NCBI GenBank assembly: GCA_963169165.1
Contig: CAUJFL010000093.1
Location: 1,849-65,848, forward strand
Length of the DNA: 64,000 nt
Source: Myxococcota bacterium
GTDB lineage: Bacteria > Myxococcota_A > Polyangia > Polyangiales > Polyangiaceae
Reading direction: 5' to 3'
Shown here: positions 1 through 11,432 of the stretch, in pieces
Layout of the letters: every line of letters begins with the position of its first letter
Position numbering within the stretch: position 1 is the first letter of the stretch
The notes under the pieces: generated by a model
Seen by the model: only the letters and a program-made list of their open reading frames with translations
What the model was told of the DNA's origin: nothing
Databases searched by the model: none
Program-made: the position numbers and the translations under genes

Positions 1-886
1 GCTGGTACCAGGCGATGCCTCCTGCGTGGACGCTGACGGGGCCGAAGTCTGGCGCGCTTGGCGTCCCCTTCGGCGCGACCAGCAGCGCGAAGCGATAGGT
101 TGGCTTGGTTGGGTTTGTGATGTCGACGAACGCGAGCCTCACGCCCTTGTCGTCGGCGCCCGGCGGCGCGTCGAAGTACCAGCTGACGACGACCACGCGC
201 TTGCCCGCGACGAGGCCCCCGGTCGCGTCGGCCGACCCCGTGATGCCCTGAGGGATCCAGGTGGCCTTGTCGTTCTCGGCGTCGTCCCAGCGAAACGCGA
301 GCGACACGCCCGGGGGCTTGCCGGGCACGCCCGTGACGACGACCGGATTGCGGTTGGTGTCGGCGAGCACGCCGTCGATCTGGCGCTTCGGGAGCTTGGC
401 CTCGAGCGCCGCCACGAGCGGCGCGTACGATTTCCAGGTCGTCGCCTCGTCGATCGGGAACGCGCACCTGTCCTGCGCCGCGAGACCGTCGCCCTCCGAG
501 TACCCCGCGGGCGACGTCGGGCACGCAGGCGCCTTGCCCACGCAAGCGTCGACCGGAGCCCCCGCGCCGCCGCCGCCTCCGGCCTTGCCCGCGCCTCCTG
601 CCTTGCCCGCCGCGCCGCCGCTGCTGTTGCCCGCGCCGCCTCCTGCCTTGCCCGCCGCGCCGCCGCTGCCCGCGCCGCCGGTGCTGTTGGCCGCGCCGCC
701 TCCGCCGCCGCTCGTGCCACCCCCGGCGCCGCCGCCCGCCGCGCCGCCGCTCGCGTTGCCCGCCGCGCCGCCGCTCACGCCGAGACCGTCCGACGTCGCG
801 GAGTCACCGCCCCCGCCACAAGCGAACAATATCAACGCCGTCGCGGACGCCAGCGAGAAGGAACGCGCGGGTGATCCACGTCGCAT
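1..886 (-). CDS. secreted lipoprotein with Gly/Ala/Ser-rich linker (3' end outside window)
   Basis: My own translation of the minus strand from ATG 886-884 gives MRRGSPARSFSLASATALILFACGGGG (lipobox). A G/A/S linker of about 75 aa is encoded at 561-780. A globular part follows (...FRWDDAENDKATWIPQGITGS...). GC3 is high. It is absent from the ORF track because there is no stop inside the window. Confidence 0.6.
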   Translation of the reverse strand, partial: MRRGSPARSFSLASATALILFACGGGGDSATSDGLGVSGGAAGNASGGAAGGGAGGGTSGGGGGAANSTGGAGSGGAAGKAGGGAGNSSGGAAGKAGGAGKAGGGGGAGAPVDACVGKAPACPTSPAGYSEGDGLAAQDRCAFPIDEATTWKSYAPLVAALEAKLPKRQIDGVLADTNRNPVVVTGVPGKPPGVSLAFRWDDAENDKATWIPQGITGSADATGGLVAGKRVVVVSWYFDAPPGADDKGVRLAFVDITNPTKPTYRFALLVAPKGTPSAPDFGPVSVHAGGIAWYQ

Positions 887-950
887 CGTTCACCCATAGC
901 GCACGTCGGGGGGCCTCGTCGCCGCGACGTGGTGCTAGACGGGCCCGGCC

Positions 951-3257
951 ATGGATCGCAGAGAGCCACTGGATCCGCCCAAGCTGAACCCGGCCCAGGC
1001 GGACGCCGTCCGTCACGTCGACGGGCCGCTGCTCGTGTTCGCGGGGGCGGGCTCGGGCAAGACGCGCGTGATCACCTACCGCGTCGCGAACCTGGTGGCG
1101 CAGCACCACGTCGCGCCGTACCGCGTGCTCGCGGTCACGTTCACCAACAAGGCGGCCGGCGAGATGCGCCACCGCCTCGACGCGCTCGTCGGGCCAGAGA
1201 TCTCGCACGATCTCTGGATCGGCACGTTCCACGCGGTGTGCGCCAAGCTGCTGCGCCGCTACCACGCCGACGTGGGGCTCGCGCGGGAGTTCGTGATCTA
1301 CGACGACGCCGATCAGCGCGCCGTGGTCGCGCGCGCGCTGAAGGATCTCCAGGTCGACGAGCGGAGGTTCGCGCCGCGGCAGGTGCTCGGGCAGATCCAC
1401 AAGGAGAAGCAGGAGGGGCGCACGCCCGCCGACGTCGAGGCGCGCGGCTTCGAGCACCACGTGCTCGCCAAGGCCTTCGCCGCCTACGAGGACCGCCTCC
1501 GCGCGTCGAACGCGTGCGACTTCGACGACCTGCTGCTGCACGTGATGCGCCTCGCCGAGGGCGACAGCGCCGCGGGGCACGAGCTGCGCGAGCGGTTCTC
1601 GCACGTGCTGGTCGACGAATTCCAGGACACCAACCAGGTGCAGTACCGGCTCGTCCGCGCGCTCGCCTCTTCGACCCGCAACCTGTGCGCCGTGGGCGAC
1701 GACGATCAGAGCATCTACCGCTGGCGCGGCGGCGACGTGCGGATCATCCGCGGATTTCGCCGCGATTTCCCCGACGCCAAGGTCGTCAAGCTCGAGGAGA
1801 ACTACCGCTCGACCGCGCGCGTGGTGCGCGCCGCGCTGGCGGTCATCGCGCCCAGCCGCGAGCGCGAGCCGAAGGAGCTCTTCACGCGCAACGCGGACGG
1901 CGAGAAGATCCGCGTCGTGTTCGCGCGAGACGAGCGCGACGAGGCGGCGTTCGTCTGCGACCGCGTGAAGGCGACGCTCGCCGAGGGGCGCTCGCCCGAC
2001 GACGTCGCGGTGTTCTATCGCGTCCACGCGCAGAGCCGCGTGCTCGAGGAGGCGCTGCGCGCGGAGGGGCTCCCCTACCGCATCGTCGGCGGCACGCGGT
2101 TCTTCGATCGCGCCGAGATCAAGGACCTCCTCTCGTACCTGCGCGTGCTGTCCAACCCGCGCAGCGACGTCGATCTGCTGCGGATCGTGAACGTGCCCCC
2201 TCGGGGGATCGGCGACACGACGGTGGCGCGCCTCGGCGAGGTCGCGCGCGCCCGCGGGTGCTCGCTGTTCGACGCGCTCGACGCGGCCCGTGACGGCGAC
2301 TCGCTCGGCACCGCGCCCCGCAAGAAGGTCGACGCGCTCTTCCTGATGCTCGACAGCCTGCGCCGCGCGGCCGCGAGCTCGACGCCGAGCGCGCTCGCCG
2401 CGCGGATCCTCGAGGAGTCGGGCTACTCACGCTGGCTCGAGGCCGAGGACTCGGCCGAGGCCGACGCGCGCATCGGCAACCTCGGAGAGCTCGTGGGGTC
2501 GATGAGCGAGTTCGAGATCGAGGAGGAGGCCGCCGGCAGGGAGGTCTCGCTCGCGAGCTACCTCGAGCGCGTGTCGCTGCACACCTCCGCCGACGAGGGC
2601 GCCGCCGCGGGGCCCAAGGTCTCGCTGATGACCGTGCACGCCGCGAAGGGCCTCGAGTTCGACACCGTCCTCTTGACCGGCATGGAAGAGCGCCTCTTTC
2701 CCTACGAGCGCGCCGACGGTGAGAGCGATCTCGAAGAGGAGCGGCGCCTCGGCTACGTGGCGATCACCCGCGCGAAGCGGCGGCTGTTCCTCACCCACAC
2801 GATGATGCGCACCATCTTCGGTGACACGCGCGGAGGCGTCCCGAGCCCGTTCGTCCGTGACCTCCCCTCCGGAGACGTGGATCAGGTGACGACCCCCGCG
2901 GCGAGATCGATCGGCGCGCGCCCGTCGTCCTTCGGCCACGCGTCGCTCGCGGGCGGCGGCGGCGCGCGAGCGTGGGAGGGGCGCGCGTACTCGACCCGGA
3001 GAGAGCCTGTCTTCCAGCGCCAGGCGCCTGCCCGCCCCGAGCCGCGGCGCGAGCCGGGCGAGCGCTGGGTCGAGCGAGACACCCAGACCCACGACGACGG
3101 CGACGGCGAGCTCTCCCGCGGCGCGCGCGTGCGGCACGCGCGGTTCGGAGAGGGCACCGTCCGCGCGGTCGAGGGCGGCGCGACCCCGAGCGCCACGGTC
3201 CACTTCCCTGGGTGGGGCGAGCGACGTATCCTGCTGCGTTTCCTCTCGATCGCGTGA
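951..3257 (+). CDS. uvrD: ATP-dependent DNA helicase, UvrD/PcrA family
   Basis: 768-aa ORF. Walker A is '[15 protein letters not shown]'. SF1 motifs 'VDEFQDTN', 'ENYRST', '[12 protein letters not shown]' and 'YVAITRAK' are present. It has the C-terminal Tudor-like tail typical of housekeeping UvrD/PcrA. Confidence 0.95.
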   Translation: MDRREPLDPPKLNPAQADAVRHVDGPLLVFAGAGSGKTRVITYRVANLVAQHHVAPYRVLAVTFTNKAAGEMRHRLDALVGPEISHDLWIGTFHAVCAKLLRRYHADVGLAREFVIYDDADQRAVVARALKDLQVDERRFAPRQVLGQIHKEKQEGRTPADVEARGFEHHVLAKAFAAYEDRLRASNACDFDDLLLHVMRLAEGDSAAGHELRERFSHVLVDEFQDTNQVQYRLVRALASSTRNLCAVGDDDQSIYRWRGGDVRIIRGFRRDFPDAKVVKLEENYRSTARVVRAALAVIAPSREREPKELFTRNADGEKIRVVFARDERDEAAFVCDRVKATLAEGRSPDDVAVFYRVHAQSRVLEEALRAEGLPYRIVGGTRFFDRAEIKDLLSYLRVLSNPRSDVDLLRIVNVPPRGIGDTTVARLGEVARARGCSLFDALDAARDGDSLGTAPRKKVDALFLMLDSLRRAAASSTPSALAARILEESGYSRWLEAEDSAEADARIGNLGELVGSMSEFEIEEEAAGREVSLASYLERVSLHTSADEGAAAGPKVSLMTVHAAKGLEFDTVLLTGMEERLFPYERADGESDLEEERRLGYVAITRAKRRLFLTHTMMRTIFGDTRGGVPSPFVRDLPSGDVDQVTTPAARSIGARPSSFGHASLAGGGGARAWEGRAYSTRREPVFQRQAPARPEPRREPGERWVERDTQTHDDGDGELSRGARVRHARFGEGTVRAVEGGATPSATVHFPGWGERRILLRFLSIA

Positions 3258-3261
3258 CGCC

Positions 3262-5301
3262 ATGAGCACCACCCTGACCCGTGAAGGACTCGACCCGCTG
3301 ATCGCCGACGTGAAGGCGAGAGGCCGACGCGCGCTGCTCGACGCGGCGCAGCCACAGCACCGCGCGGCGGTCCTCATCGCGGCGGCCGCCGCCGGCGAGC
3401 CACCCGACGTCGCCGAGATGGCGCGCGCGTTCGACGCCACGCCGAGCGAGCTGCTCGCCGCGCTCGTGATCGCGACGCCAGGAGAGCGCGCCCCCGCGCT
3501 GGTCGAGCTGGTCGATCGCAGACGCCTCTCGCCCGAGCACGAGGGCTACGCGCTGCTGTTCGCCTCGTTGCTGGTGTCCACCGGCGAGCCCGCGCCGCCG
3601 AAGCTGCTGCCGGTCCTGCGCAAGAAGCTCCTCGCGGAGGTCGGCGTCGAGGCCACGCTCGCGCTCTGCGCGGCGGCCAACATCACGACCGATCCCGAGT
3701 GCCACAAGCTCGAGCGCGATCTCGCGCCGTGGGCGCCCGTCGGCTCCGTGAAGAAGCTGGTCGCCGAGACGAGGCGCCGCTTCGCCGACAACGATCTTCG
3801 CCTGGCGCTGCCCGAGCGGGCCGAGGGCGCCGTCGTCAGCGGCTTCACCGCGCGCCGCGTGACGCCCAAGGTCGGCCGCAACGATGCCTGCCCGTGCGGC
3901 AGCGGCAAGAAATACAAGAAGTGCTGCGAGACCAAGGACGCGGCCCGCGGGCTCGACCCGTCTCCGGTGCCCGGCATGACGCGCCCCGAGTGGATCGCCG
4001 CCGGCGCGCCGAACCTGTCGGTCGACGACGTCCTCGCGCTGTCGCGCGAAGATCTCGCCAGGGTCGACCCGGCGCAGTCTCCCCTCGAGTCGATCCTCCG
4101 CCTGTTCACCGTCTCGCTCGGCTTCGGGCTGTTCGACGTCTCCGCGCGGATCCTCGACGATCTCGGGCGGCGCGAGGCCTCGCTCCCGAAGGGCGAGACG
4201 CTCGCGCGGCTGACCAACGACGCCATCGTCGAGGCGCTGCGCGCGGGCTCGGTCGAGGCGGCGAACCGCCTCGCCGCGCGCGTCGAGGATCCAGCGAGCT
4301 TGCCCCTCGATTTGCAGCTCAGCCTCAGGTTCGCGAAGTTCACCGAGCTCGCGGTGCTCGACGAGATCGCCAAGAAGGCGCTGCTCGATCCCGAGGCGGA
4401 GGAGTGCATCGCCCTGCCATATGCGGTGCTCGATCACGCGCCGTCGCTGGGCGTCCTCGTCGCGCTCGGCTCGCTCGCGCACCTGCCCTCCGGTGAGGCT
4501 CGCACGCTGCTCGACGAGGTCGAGGAGGCGCGCGTGCGGGCGGGGCTCCCGGCGGAGACGGCCGGGTGGGACATCGTCGCGGGCTTCGAGAAGCTCGACG
4601 GCGAGGTGGCCGAGGACGATCGATCGCGCAAGCAGCTCGAGGTCGCGCGGGCCGACGCGGAGCGCCAGCTCTTCGACGTCGAGCGCCGCCTCCGCGCGGC
4701 CGAGGAGCGCGCCGCGACGCACGAGGCGCGCGCCGCCGCCGCCGAGGCGAGGGTCGCCGAGCTCACCCGCGCGAGCGATCGCGATCTCGCGAGGCTGCTC
4801 GAGGCCGAGATGGACACGAGGCGACGTGCCGAGGCCAAGGCCGCAGAGCTGCGCGCGCTGGTGGCCGACGGCGTGAAGGAGCGCGGGGATCTGCGGCGTC
4901 GCGTCGCCGAGCTAGAGGCCGCGCGCGCCGCCGCGCCGTCGACCTCGACGCGCGAGTCGGCCGAGATCCCTTCTGCGCCGATCTCCGACGACGAGCCGAT
5001 GTCCGGCAGCGTGATCGCGCCGCGTGGCCTGCACGTCCCGAACTTCGACGACGGCGCGCTCGCCTCGATGAAGCGCCTGCCGAAGCACGTCTCCGAGGAC
5101 GCGCTCGCGGTCGCGGCCGCGCTGGGCGGCGGCAAGGGCTGGCACAACGTGAAGCAGATGCAGGACATCGCGCCGCCGTTGTTCTCGGTGCGCCTCGGCA
5201 TCCACCACCGGATGCTGTTTCGGATCGAGCAGGATCGGCTGCAGGTGTGCGACGTGCTGCCGCGCGAGTCGCTCGACTCTCAGCTCAAGCGCTACCGCTG
5301 A
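3262..5301 (+). CDS. SEC-C motif protein with coiled-coil and RelE/ParE-like C-terminal module
   Basis: 679-aa ORF that starts 4 nt after the uvrD stop. The SEC-C metal-binding motif '[13 protein letters not shown]' lies at nt 3889-3927. An Ala/Arg/Glu-rich coiled-coil spans roughly residues 455-560. The C-terminus '[32 protein letters not shown]' resembles the RelE/ParE core. Confidence 0.8.
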   Translation: MSTTLTREGLDPLIADVKARGRRALLDAAQPQHRAAVLIAAAAAGEPPDVAEMARAFDATPSELLAALVIATPGERAPALVELVDRRRLSPEHEGYALLFASLLVSTGEPAPPKLLPVLRKKLLAEVGVEATLALCAAANITTDPECHKLERDLAPWAPVGSVKKLVAETRRRFADNDLRLALPERAEGAVVSGFTARRVTPKVGRNDACPCGSGKKYKKCCETKDAARGLDPSPVPGMTRPEWIAAGAPNLSVDDVLALSREDLARVDPAQSPLESILRLFTVSLGFGLFDVSARILDDLGRREASLPKGETLARLTNDAIVEALRAGSVEAANRLAARVEDPASLPLDLQLSLRFAKFTELAVLDEIAKKALLDPEAEECIALPYAVLDHAPSLGVLVALGSLAHLPSGEARTLLDEVEEARVRAGLPAETAGWDIVAGFEKLDGEVAEDDRSRKQLEVARADAERQLFDVERRLRAAEERAATHEARAAAAEARVAELTRASDRDLARLLEAEMDTRRRAEAKAAELRALVADGVKERGDLRRRVAELEAARAAAPSTSTRESAEIPSAPISDDEPMSGSVIAPRGLHVPNFDDGALASMKRLPKHVSEDALAVAAALGGGKGWHNVKQMQDIAPPLFSVRLGIHHRMLFRIEQDRLQVCDVLPRESLDSQLKRYR

Positions 5302-6586
5302 CGCGCCCGACGATCTCGGTCGCGTAGCGGAGCGCGTGCGACAGATCGAACGCCGCCTCGATCCTGGCCTGCCCGAGGCGGGCCGTGACGTCGGCGTCGG
5401 CGAGCAGGCTCGCGCGAAAATCGGCGCCCTCCTTCAGCGCCTTCATCGCGTTGCGCTGCACGAGCACGTAGGCGTCCTGCCGCGCGAGCCCGGTCTCGAC
5501 GAGCGCGAGCAGGAGCGCCTCGCTGAAGAACAGGCCGCCCGTCCGCTCGAGGTTGTGTCGCAGGCGCTCGGGATAGACGACGAGGCCCTCGACGAGCGCC
5601 CTCGCGCGGTCCTGCATGAACGCGAGCGTGGTCGTCGCGTCGGGCGCGATCATCCGCTCGACGCTCGAGTGGGAGATGTCGCGCTCGTGCCAGAGGGCCA
5701 CGTCCTCGAGCGCGGGGAGCGCGTAGCCGCGGAGCATCCGTGCGAGCCCGGTGAGGTTCTCGCTGAGGATCGGGTTGCGCTTGTGCGGCATGGCCGACGA
5801 GCCCTTCTGCCCGACGGTGAACGCCTCCTCGGCCTCGCCGACCTCGTTGCGCTGCCAGTGGCGGACGTTGGTCGCGAGGCGCTCGATCCCTGCGCCCACC
5901 ACCGCGAGCGCGACGAAGAACGCCGCGTGCCTGTCGCGCGCGACGACCTGGGTCGCCACCGTCTCCGGGCGCAGGCCGAGGCCCGAGAGGGCGTCCCGCT
6001 CGATCTCGGGAGAGATGTGCGCGTACGTCCCGACCGCGCCGGCGATCTTGCCCACCGAGATCTCGTCGCGCGCCGCGCGCAGCCGCTCGATCCCGCGGGC
6101 GGCCTCGGCCGCGTGCCCCGCGAGCGCGACGCCGAACGTGATCGGCTCGGCGTGGATGCCGTGCGAGCGCCCGATCATCGGCGTCGTCGCGTGCTCGGTC
6201 GCGCGCGCGACCAGCGCCCGCACGTACGCGACCTGCCGCGTGATCAGCCCGTCCGCCGCGCGCACGAGCAGCACCGCCAGGCTCGTGTCGAGCAGATCGC
6301 TCGAGGTCATCCCGCGGTGGAGCCAGCGCGCGTCGGCCCCAGCCAGCTCTTCGACGTGCGTCAAGAAGGCGATGACGTCGTGCTTCACGGTGCGCTCGAT
6401 CTCGTCGATGCGCGGCGGCTCGAGCGCCAGCTGCTTGCCCCGGATCGCGGCGGCGGTGCCCGTCGGCACGAGCGACGCGCGCTCCATCGCCTCGCACGCG
6501 GCGAGCTCGACGTCGAGCCACACCGCGAAGCGCGTCTTGTCCGACCACAGCTCGGCCATGTCCTTGGGCGTGTAACGAGGGATCAT
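5285..6586 (-). CDS. purB: adenylosuccinate lyase
   Basis: 433-aa ORF. The N-terminus is [16 protein letters not shown]. The fumarate-lyase signature '[11 protein letters not shown]' is present. It converges on the SEC-C gene with a 17-nt overlap. Confidence 0.95.
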   Translation of the reverse strand: MIPRYTPKDMAELWSDKTRFAVWLDVELAACEAMERASLVPTGTAAAIRGKQLALEPPRIDEIERTVKHDVIAFLTHVEELAGADARWLHRGMTSSDLLDTSLAVLLVRAADGLITRQVAYVRALVARATEHATTPMIGRSHGIHAEPITFGVALAGHAAEAARGIERLRAARDEISVGKIAGAVGTYAHISPEIERDALSGLGLRPETVATQVVARDRHAAFFVALAVVGAGIERLATNVRHWQRNEVGEAEEAFTVGQKGSSAMPHKRNPILSENLTGLARMLRGYALPALEDVALWHERDISHSSVERMIAPDATTTLAFMQDRARALVEGLVVYPERLRHNLERTGGLFFSEALLLALVETGLARQDAYVLVQRNAMKALKEGADFRASLLADADVTARLGQARIEAAFDLSHALRYATEIVGRVSGSA

Positions 6587-6629
6587 CGCGCGCGAGCGCT
6601 TAGCCTCGATCCTCGCCGTGCGGAAGCGC

Positions 6630-7502
6630 TCACCACCGCCCCGCGATCGCGACGCCGCTCGCGTCGCCGAGTCGCCACGGGACGAGCGCGACGTCGCCGC
6701 TCCCGCCGGAGCGCCCCGCGAACCCGCGCCCGACGCTGCCGCCGACGGCCTGTCCGAGCAACGCGCCCGCGGCGACGTCGCTCGGGAAGTGGTGCACGCC
6801 GACCAGCATGCCGGTCGCGATGGCCGCCGCGCCCGTGTACGAGGCGACGGCGACCCACGGGCGACCTCGCTGCACGGCGGAGACCGACGCCGCGAGCGCG
6901 ACCGCCACCCCGGTGTGTCCCGACGGCCACGCGGCGTTCACGCGCCCCGTCGGGCCCCACGTGCGCGCGAGCTCGGGGTGCTCACGCGCCGCCGGATCGT
7001 CGCGCGGGTAGCCGCCGAGCGGATAGGGTCGGCCGGTCGAGAGCTTGAGCGCGGCGGTCGCGACGAACGTGAGCGCCGTCGCCTGCAGCGCCGCCGCGCC
7101 CGTCGCCGCGAGCCTGCGTTCGCCCAGCGAGAGCCCGGCGCCATACGCGGACAGCCCGAGCGCGGGCGGCGCGATCCACCCCACGAGCACCATCGCGTCG
7201 GCGAACGTGTACAGCCTCGGCGCGTCGAGCGTGCGCCGCCCCGCGTGGTCCGCTCCCGACGTCGACAGCGCCGCCGTCGACGCGAGCGCCGCGCCGTGCA
7301 GCCACAGCGACGAGCCCGAGAACGCCCCCGCCACGTGGCACGGCAGCCCGTCGAGCGGCGTCGGCGTCGGCGCGCTCGGCGCCACCTCGCACGCGCTCGC
7401 GCCCCCCGTCGCCAGCGTGAGCGCCGCGGCGAGCCCTACGCCGCGTGCCCGCGCCCGGTCTCGAGCCGGACGTGCTGCCAGTCGCCCTTCGCGAACTTCC
7501 AC
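6630..7502 (-). CDS. PAP2-family phosphatase (lipoprotein-like N-terminus); start uncertain
   Basis: This is the C-terminal part of the 800-aa track ORF. PAP2 motifs are 'KLSTGRPYP', 'WPSGHTG' and '[12 protein letters not shown]'. A signal-like stretch '[16 protein letters not shown]' is present. There is no in-frame ATG. GTG at 7502-7500 is the nearest start I could verify, and it overlaps the MATE 3' end. Confidence 0.65.
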   Translation of the reverse strand: MEVREGRLAARPARDRARARGVGLAAALTLATGGASACEVAPSAPTPTPLDGLPCHVAGAFSGSSLWLHGAALASTAALSTSGADHAGRRTLDAPRLYTFADAMVLVGWIAPPALGLSAYGAGLSLGERRLAATGAAALQATALTFVATAALKLSTGRPYPLGGYPRDDPAAREHPELARTWGPTGRVNAAWPSGHTGVAVALAASVSAVQRGRPWVAVASYTGAAAIATGMLVGVHHFPSDVAAGALLGQAVGGSVGRGFAGRSGGSGDVALVPWRLGDASGVAIAGRW

Positions 7503-8893
7503 ACCATCACTCCACACAATCCGAACACATACGCCACCGCCGCGGCCCAGATGCCGGGCAGCCCGAGGTTCAGGGTGATCCCGAGGAGCCACGCGAGCGG
7601 CACGAGGCAGGTGAAGTGCAGCACCAGCTCGACCACCATCACGAACACCGCGCGCCCCGCGCCGAACAGCGCCTGGGTCAAGATCATCCCGACCGCGATG
7701 AGCGGCGTGCAGAGGCCCATCGTGCGCATCGGCAGGAGCGCGGCCTCTTGCACCGCGGGGCTGTGCGTGACGAACGCGAGGATCGGCCTGGTGAACAGGA
7801 GGCCCTCGCAGATCCCGACCACGCCGAAGATCACCAGCCCGAGCTTGACCGCGACCCAGCCGAACTTGCGCGCGTCCTCGGGCTTGCCCGAGCCGAGCGA
7901 CTGCGACACCAGGGTGGCCGCCGACGTGCCGAACGCGAGGCAGGCGGTGAAGGTGAGCTTCAGCACGCCGACGATGTCGGTCGTCGCGGCGCTGTTGATC
8001 GCCTGCGCGCGCCCGCACTCGGCGGCGACGCTCGCCGCCGCGCTCATCGCGTCGAGCTTGGAGACGATCCACGAGAACATCGCGAACCCGCTCATCACCG
8101 CGATGGTCGCGATCGCGCTCGGGATGGACAGGCGCAGGATGCCCCAGGTCAGCTTGCGATCGAGCTTCTTCAGGTCGAACGGGTGAAAGCCGACGCGGTA
8201 CTCGCGCTTCAGCGCGTAGGCGACCATGATGAAGAGGCCGATCCACGTCGAGACGAAGCCGCCGAGCCCCGCGCCGCCGATGCCCATCCGCGGCGCGCCG
8301 TGGGCGCCGAAGATGAAGAGGTAGCAGACGACGATGTTGATCGCGTTCATCACGACCGCGCTGATCAGGTGGACGTGCGTCTTGCCGATGGCGTCGAAGA
8401 ACGCCTTGAACGCGAACGTCACGGCCATGCTGACGATGCCGAGCAGCCGCCACTGCAGGTACGACGTCGCGGCCACCTGCACCGCCTCGACCTTGATCAG
8501 CGCGCGGACGATGTGCGGCATCGCGAGGTAGCCGCCGACCGTGAACACGATGCCGGCCGTCAGCGCGAAGAACCACGCGTTCATGAGCACGGCGCCGGCC
8601 TCCTCGGGCTTGCCCTCGCCCATGCGGCGCGCCGTCCAGGCCTGCGTGCCGACGCTGATCGCCGACAGCGAGCCGCCGAACAACCAGAGGACGATGAGCG
8701 ACGGCAGGAGCGCCGCCTGCGCGTCGGACGACTCGGGGCACGGCAGGTGCGCGAAGAAGACGATGTCGATCTCGTTGACGACGCTCTGCGTGAGCATCGC
8801 GACGACCGTTGGGGCCGCGAGCTTGAGGACGACCTTGTAGGGGTTGCCAGACGTGTCGACGGGCGCCGTGGGCGCGGTGGGGATGGCAGCCAT
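7436..8893 (-). CDS. MATE family efflux transporter
   Basis: 485-aa multi-span hydrophobic ORF. The N-terminus 'VVLKLAAPTVVAMLTQSVVNEIDIVFF' is typical of the NorM/DinF (MatE) family. The frame shows high GC3. Confidence 0.88.
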   Translation of the reverse strand: MAAIPTAPTAPVDTSGNPYKVVLKLAAPTVVAMLTQSVVNEIDIVFFAHLPCPESSDAQAALLPSLIVLWLFGGSLSAISVGTQAWTARRMGEGKPEEAGAVLMNAWFFALTAGIVFTVGGYLAMPHIVRALIKVEAVQVAATSYLQWRLLGIVSMAVTFAFKAFFDAIGKTHVHLISAVVMNAINIVVCYLFIFGAHGAPRMGIGGAGLGGFVSTWIGLFIMVAYALKREYRVGFHPFDLKKLDRKLTWGILRLSIPSAIATIAVMSGFAMFSWIVSKLDAMSAAASVAAECGRAQAINSAATTDIVGVLKLTFTACLAFGTSAATLVSQSLGSGKPEDARKFGWVAVKLGLVIFGVVGICEGLLFTRPILAFVTHSPAVQEAALLPMRTMGLCTPLIAVGMILTQALFGAGRAVFVMVVELVLHFTCLVPLAWLLGITLNLGLPGIWAAAVAYVFGLCGVMVWKFAKGDWQHVRLETGRGHAA

Positions 8894-9080
8894 GCGGGGG
8901 ACGGCCGTGCGCTCGGCGGGCCGCGCGGCGCGGCGGACTTAGGGTGGCTCGGTTGGGCGCGCAAGCGGCGAGCGCGCGCGTCGCCGCGCTCGTCATCAGG
9001 GTGAGGCCGCCTCGACCGGACGCCCCGGCCACCGGACGCCGCGCTCACGTCCGCGCTTCGAGCCTCGACGTTCGCGCGAG

Positions 9081-9899
9081 TCAGGGTCGACCGACTTGGC
9101 CTGCCGCGCGCTCCAACAGCGTCGACGCCCGCGCGAACTCCTCGACGGAGAGCGTCTCGCCGCGGCGGTCGAGGTCGATGCCCGAGTCGTGGGCCAGCGC
9201 GGCGAGCAGGTCCCGCGGGAGCACCGAGGCCCACGCGTTTCGCAGCGTCTTGCGGCGCTGGCCGAAGGCGGCCTTCACGAGCGCTCGAAACGAGTCGGTC
9301 TCGGCGGCGCGCGGCGTCGCGTGGGGCGTGAGCACGAGCACGGCCGAGTCGACCCTGGGCGGCGGACGAAACGCGCCAGGGCCTATTCTTCGCGCGATTT
9401 CGACCTCGAACGCGGCCTGCACGAAGACCGACAGCGCGCCGTACGCGTCGCCGCCGGCGGTCGCCGCGACCCGCTCTGCGACCTCGCGCTGCACCAAAAA
9501 GACCACGCGATCGACGGCGTCCGCCACCTCGGTCGCGCGCTCCAGCAAGCGCCCGGTGATGTTGTACGGGACGTTCCCCGCGACGACGCGCGGGCGAGGC
9601 GCGTCGTCGAGCTCGGCGCGCCAGTCGTGGCGGGCCGCGTCGGTCTCGCGGAGCGCGAGCCGACCCTCGGCGATCGCGGCGTCGAACGTGCGCGTGAGCA
9701 CCGGCAACAGGTCGCGATCTCGCTCGAGCGCGACGACCCGGGACGCGCGCTCGAGCAGCCGCGCCGTCAGGGCGCCGGTGCCCGGCCCGATCTCGACCAC
9801 CGCGCCGCCTGGCGGGGTCGTCGCGAGCTCGGCGATGCGCGCGCACGCGGTCGCGTCGATCAAGAAATGCTGACCGAAGCTCTTCTTCGCGGAGATCAT
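9081..9899 (-). CDS. rsmA: 16S rRNA (adenine1518/1519-N6)-dimethyltransferase
   Basis: The motifs 'KKSFGQHFLID', 'VVEIGPGTGALT' (SAM binding) and 'GNVPYNIT' are present. I trimmed the start to ATG 9899-9897 (MISAKKSFGQ). It overlaps the upstream stop by 4 nt (ATGA). Confidence 0.9.
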   Translation of the reverse strand: MISAKKSFGQHFLIDATACARIAELATTPPGGAVVEIGPGTGALTARLLERASRVVALERDRDLLPVLTRTFDAAIAEGRLALRETDAARHDWRAELDDAPRPRVVAGNVPYNITGRLLERATEVADAVDRVVFLVQREVAERVAATAGGDAYGALSVFVQAAFEVEIARRIGPGAFRPPPRVDSAVLVLTPHATPRAAETDSFRALVKAAFGQRRKTLRNAWASVLPRDLLAALAHDSGIDLDRRGETLSVEEFARASTLLERAAGQVGRP

Positions 9900-11428
9900 C
9901 GCGGGCGCTGCACCTTGACGCCGAGCGCCCGGAGACGACGCTCTGCCTGGCGCTGGCCCGCGTCGATGCGCAAGAGCGCCGCCTCTCGGACCGCGAGCGC
10001 GGCGGGGGACAGCGCGGCGTCGGTCGAGAGCGACGGGGCGAAGCGGGACAGCACCCACCGCACGACAGGCCCGGAGCGTCCGCGTCGCGCCATGGAGAGG
10101 GCGGCCTCCTCGGTCGCGGGCTGCGGGCCGAGCACGTAGATCACGGTGGCGCGCGGCCTGGTCGCGGCGAGCTCCGCGACGACGCGGGCCAGGGTCCGCG
10201 ACGTCGCCGCGTGCTCGGGCTCGGCGCGCGGCGGTGACGTGACGCCGTACGCCGCGAGGTACTGTCGCAGGCGTCGCTCGCGCAGCGTCACGCCGGTCGG
10301 CAGCGCCACCTCGGGGAAAGGAGCGCGCCCGAGGCTCGCGGCGGCGCGCGCCGAGATGCGATCGAGATCGCGCCGCGACAGCGAGAGGGCCGCCTGATCG
10401 AGGGGACGCAGGTGCTCGAGCACGCGGAGCCCGACCTCTGCCTCTTCGAGGTCGCTGCGGTCGCGATCGTGGGTCGACGTCGCGAACGCGAGCTCTTCGA
10501 GCAACGAGGAGGCGTGGCGCGCGCCGCGGTCGGGTTCGACGCGCGAGAGCTCGCGGGCGGCGACGATCGACAGGCCGACCGCGTCGCCCCCGCGCGCGTG
10601 CCGAGAGATGAGGCTCGCGGCGTCGTCGATCGCGAGATCGAGCGGCGCGCGCCCGAGCTCACCCGCCCACAGCTCGACCGAGGCGTCGAGCACGATCCAG
10701 ACGAAATCTCGCTCCTCGCGCTCGACCTCGCGCACGAGGAGCTTGCCCCTGCGCGCCGACGCTCGCCACGCGACGCGCTTCAGCGGATCACCCGGCACAT
10801 AGTCGCGCAGCTCGCGCAGATCCGAGCCCTCTCCCCGCGCTCTGCCCTCGCGCCCGCCCATCGCGGCGACGCGCGTCCGGCCGCCGCGCGGCCCGCGGAG
10901 CTCGGTCGCCCACGCGCGCGGGAGCACCTCGAGCCCGAACGGGTTGGCGAACGTGAGCGGCACCTCGAACAGCCCCGGCGCGCCGCGGACCTCGAGCGAC
11001 AATCCGAACAGCCCGTGCCGCCCGACCCGGTCGCCGCGCACGTCGATCGACACCTCGAGCTTGCCGCCGGCGGGCACCTCTCCCGCGGACGGATCGACCC
11101 TCACGTCGAGGGCCGACGAGGCGATCACGCGCAGCCCGACGTAGCGCGCGGCGAGCGTGTCGCGGTTGCGCACCTCGGCGCGCAGGGTGACCGTCTCGCC
11201 CCGCGCGACGCGTCGCACCCGCTCCGGCTCGCTCCACACCATCTCGAACCCGGCCGCGCGGATGCGGGACACCGACGCGAACGTCGCCGCGCGCGCCGCC
11301 GCGAGCCCGACCAGGAGGGCGCCGCCCCAGCCGACGATCGAGGGCTCGGCCGACACGATCCCCGCCCCGACCACCGCGGCGCCGCACAGCCCGAGGTGAA
11401 CCGCGTCGCGGGTGGGGTAGAGCTTCAT
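9896..11428 (-). CDS. DUF58 domain protein (MoxR-associated, vWA-like)
   Basis: The DUF58 signature 'DYVPGDPLKRVAWRASARRGKLLVRE' is present. The N-terminus is hydrophobic (MKLYPTRDAVHLGLCGAAVVGAGIV). I trimmed the start to ATG 11428-11426, which is 5 nt after the MoxR stop. Confidence 0.82.
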   Translation of the reverse strand: MKLYPTRDAVHLGLCGAAVVGAGIVSAEPSIVGWGGALLVGLAAARAATFASVSRIRAAGFEMVWSEPERVRRVARGETVTLRAEVRNRDTLAARYVGLRVIASSALDVRVDPSAGEVPAGGKLEVSIDVRGDRVGRHGLFGLSLEVRGAPGLFEVPLTFANPFGLEVLPRAWATELRGPRGGRTRVAAMGGREGRARGEGSDLRELRDYVPGDPLKRVAWRASARRGKLLVREVEREERDFVWIVLDASVELWAGELGRAPLDLAIDDAASLISRHARGGDAVGLSIVAARELSRVEPDRGARHASSLLEELAFATSTHDRDRSDLEEAEVGLRVLEHLRPLDQAALSLSRRDLDRISARAAASLGRAPFPEVALPTGVTLRERRLRQYLAAYGVTSPPRAEPEHAATSRTLARVVAELAATRPRATVIYVLGPQPATEEAALSMARRGRSGPVVRWVLSRFAPSLSTDAALSPAALAVREAALLRIDAGQRQAERRLRALGVKVQRPR

Positions 11429-11432
11429 CGCG

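Noticed and set aside
804-2027. 407-aa minus ORF, plus the 26-874, 139-720 and 261-899 ORFs at the left edge
   Set aside because: 804-2027 is antisense to uvrD. The plus-strand Pro/Ala-rich ORFs and the off-frame minus-strand ORF 139-720 are alternative readings of the G/A/S linker of the minus-strand lipoprotein gene (1-886).
951-5301. UvrD-like helicase plus an unknown partner, considered as a Gabija or other helicase-based defence system
   Set aside because: The helicase has the full housekeeping UvrD/PcrA motif set and C-terminal tail. No nuclease (GajA-type) partner is present, and the flanks (purB and others) are core genes.
6630-9032. 800-aa minus ORF read as a single gene
   Set aside because: Only its C-terminal roughly 270-290 aa (PAP2 motifs) look real. 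The upstream part is an off-frame read-through of the MATE transporter gene (7436-8893).
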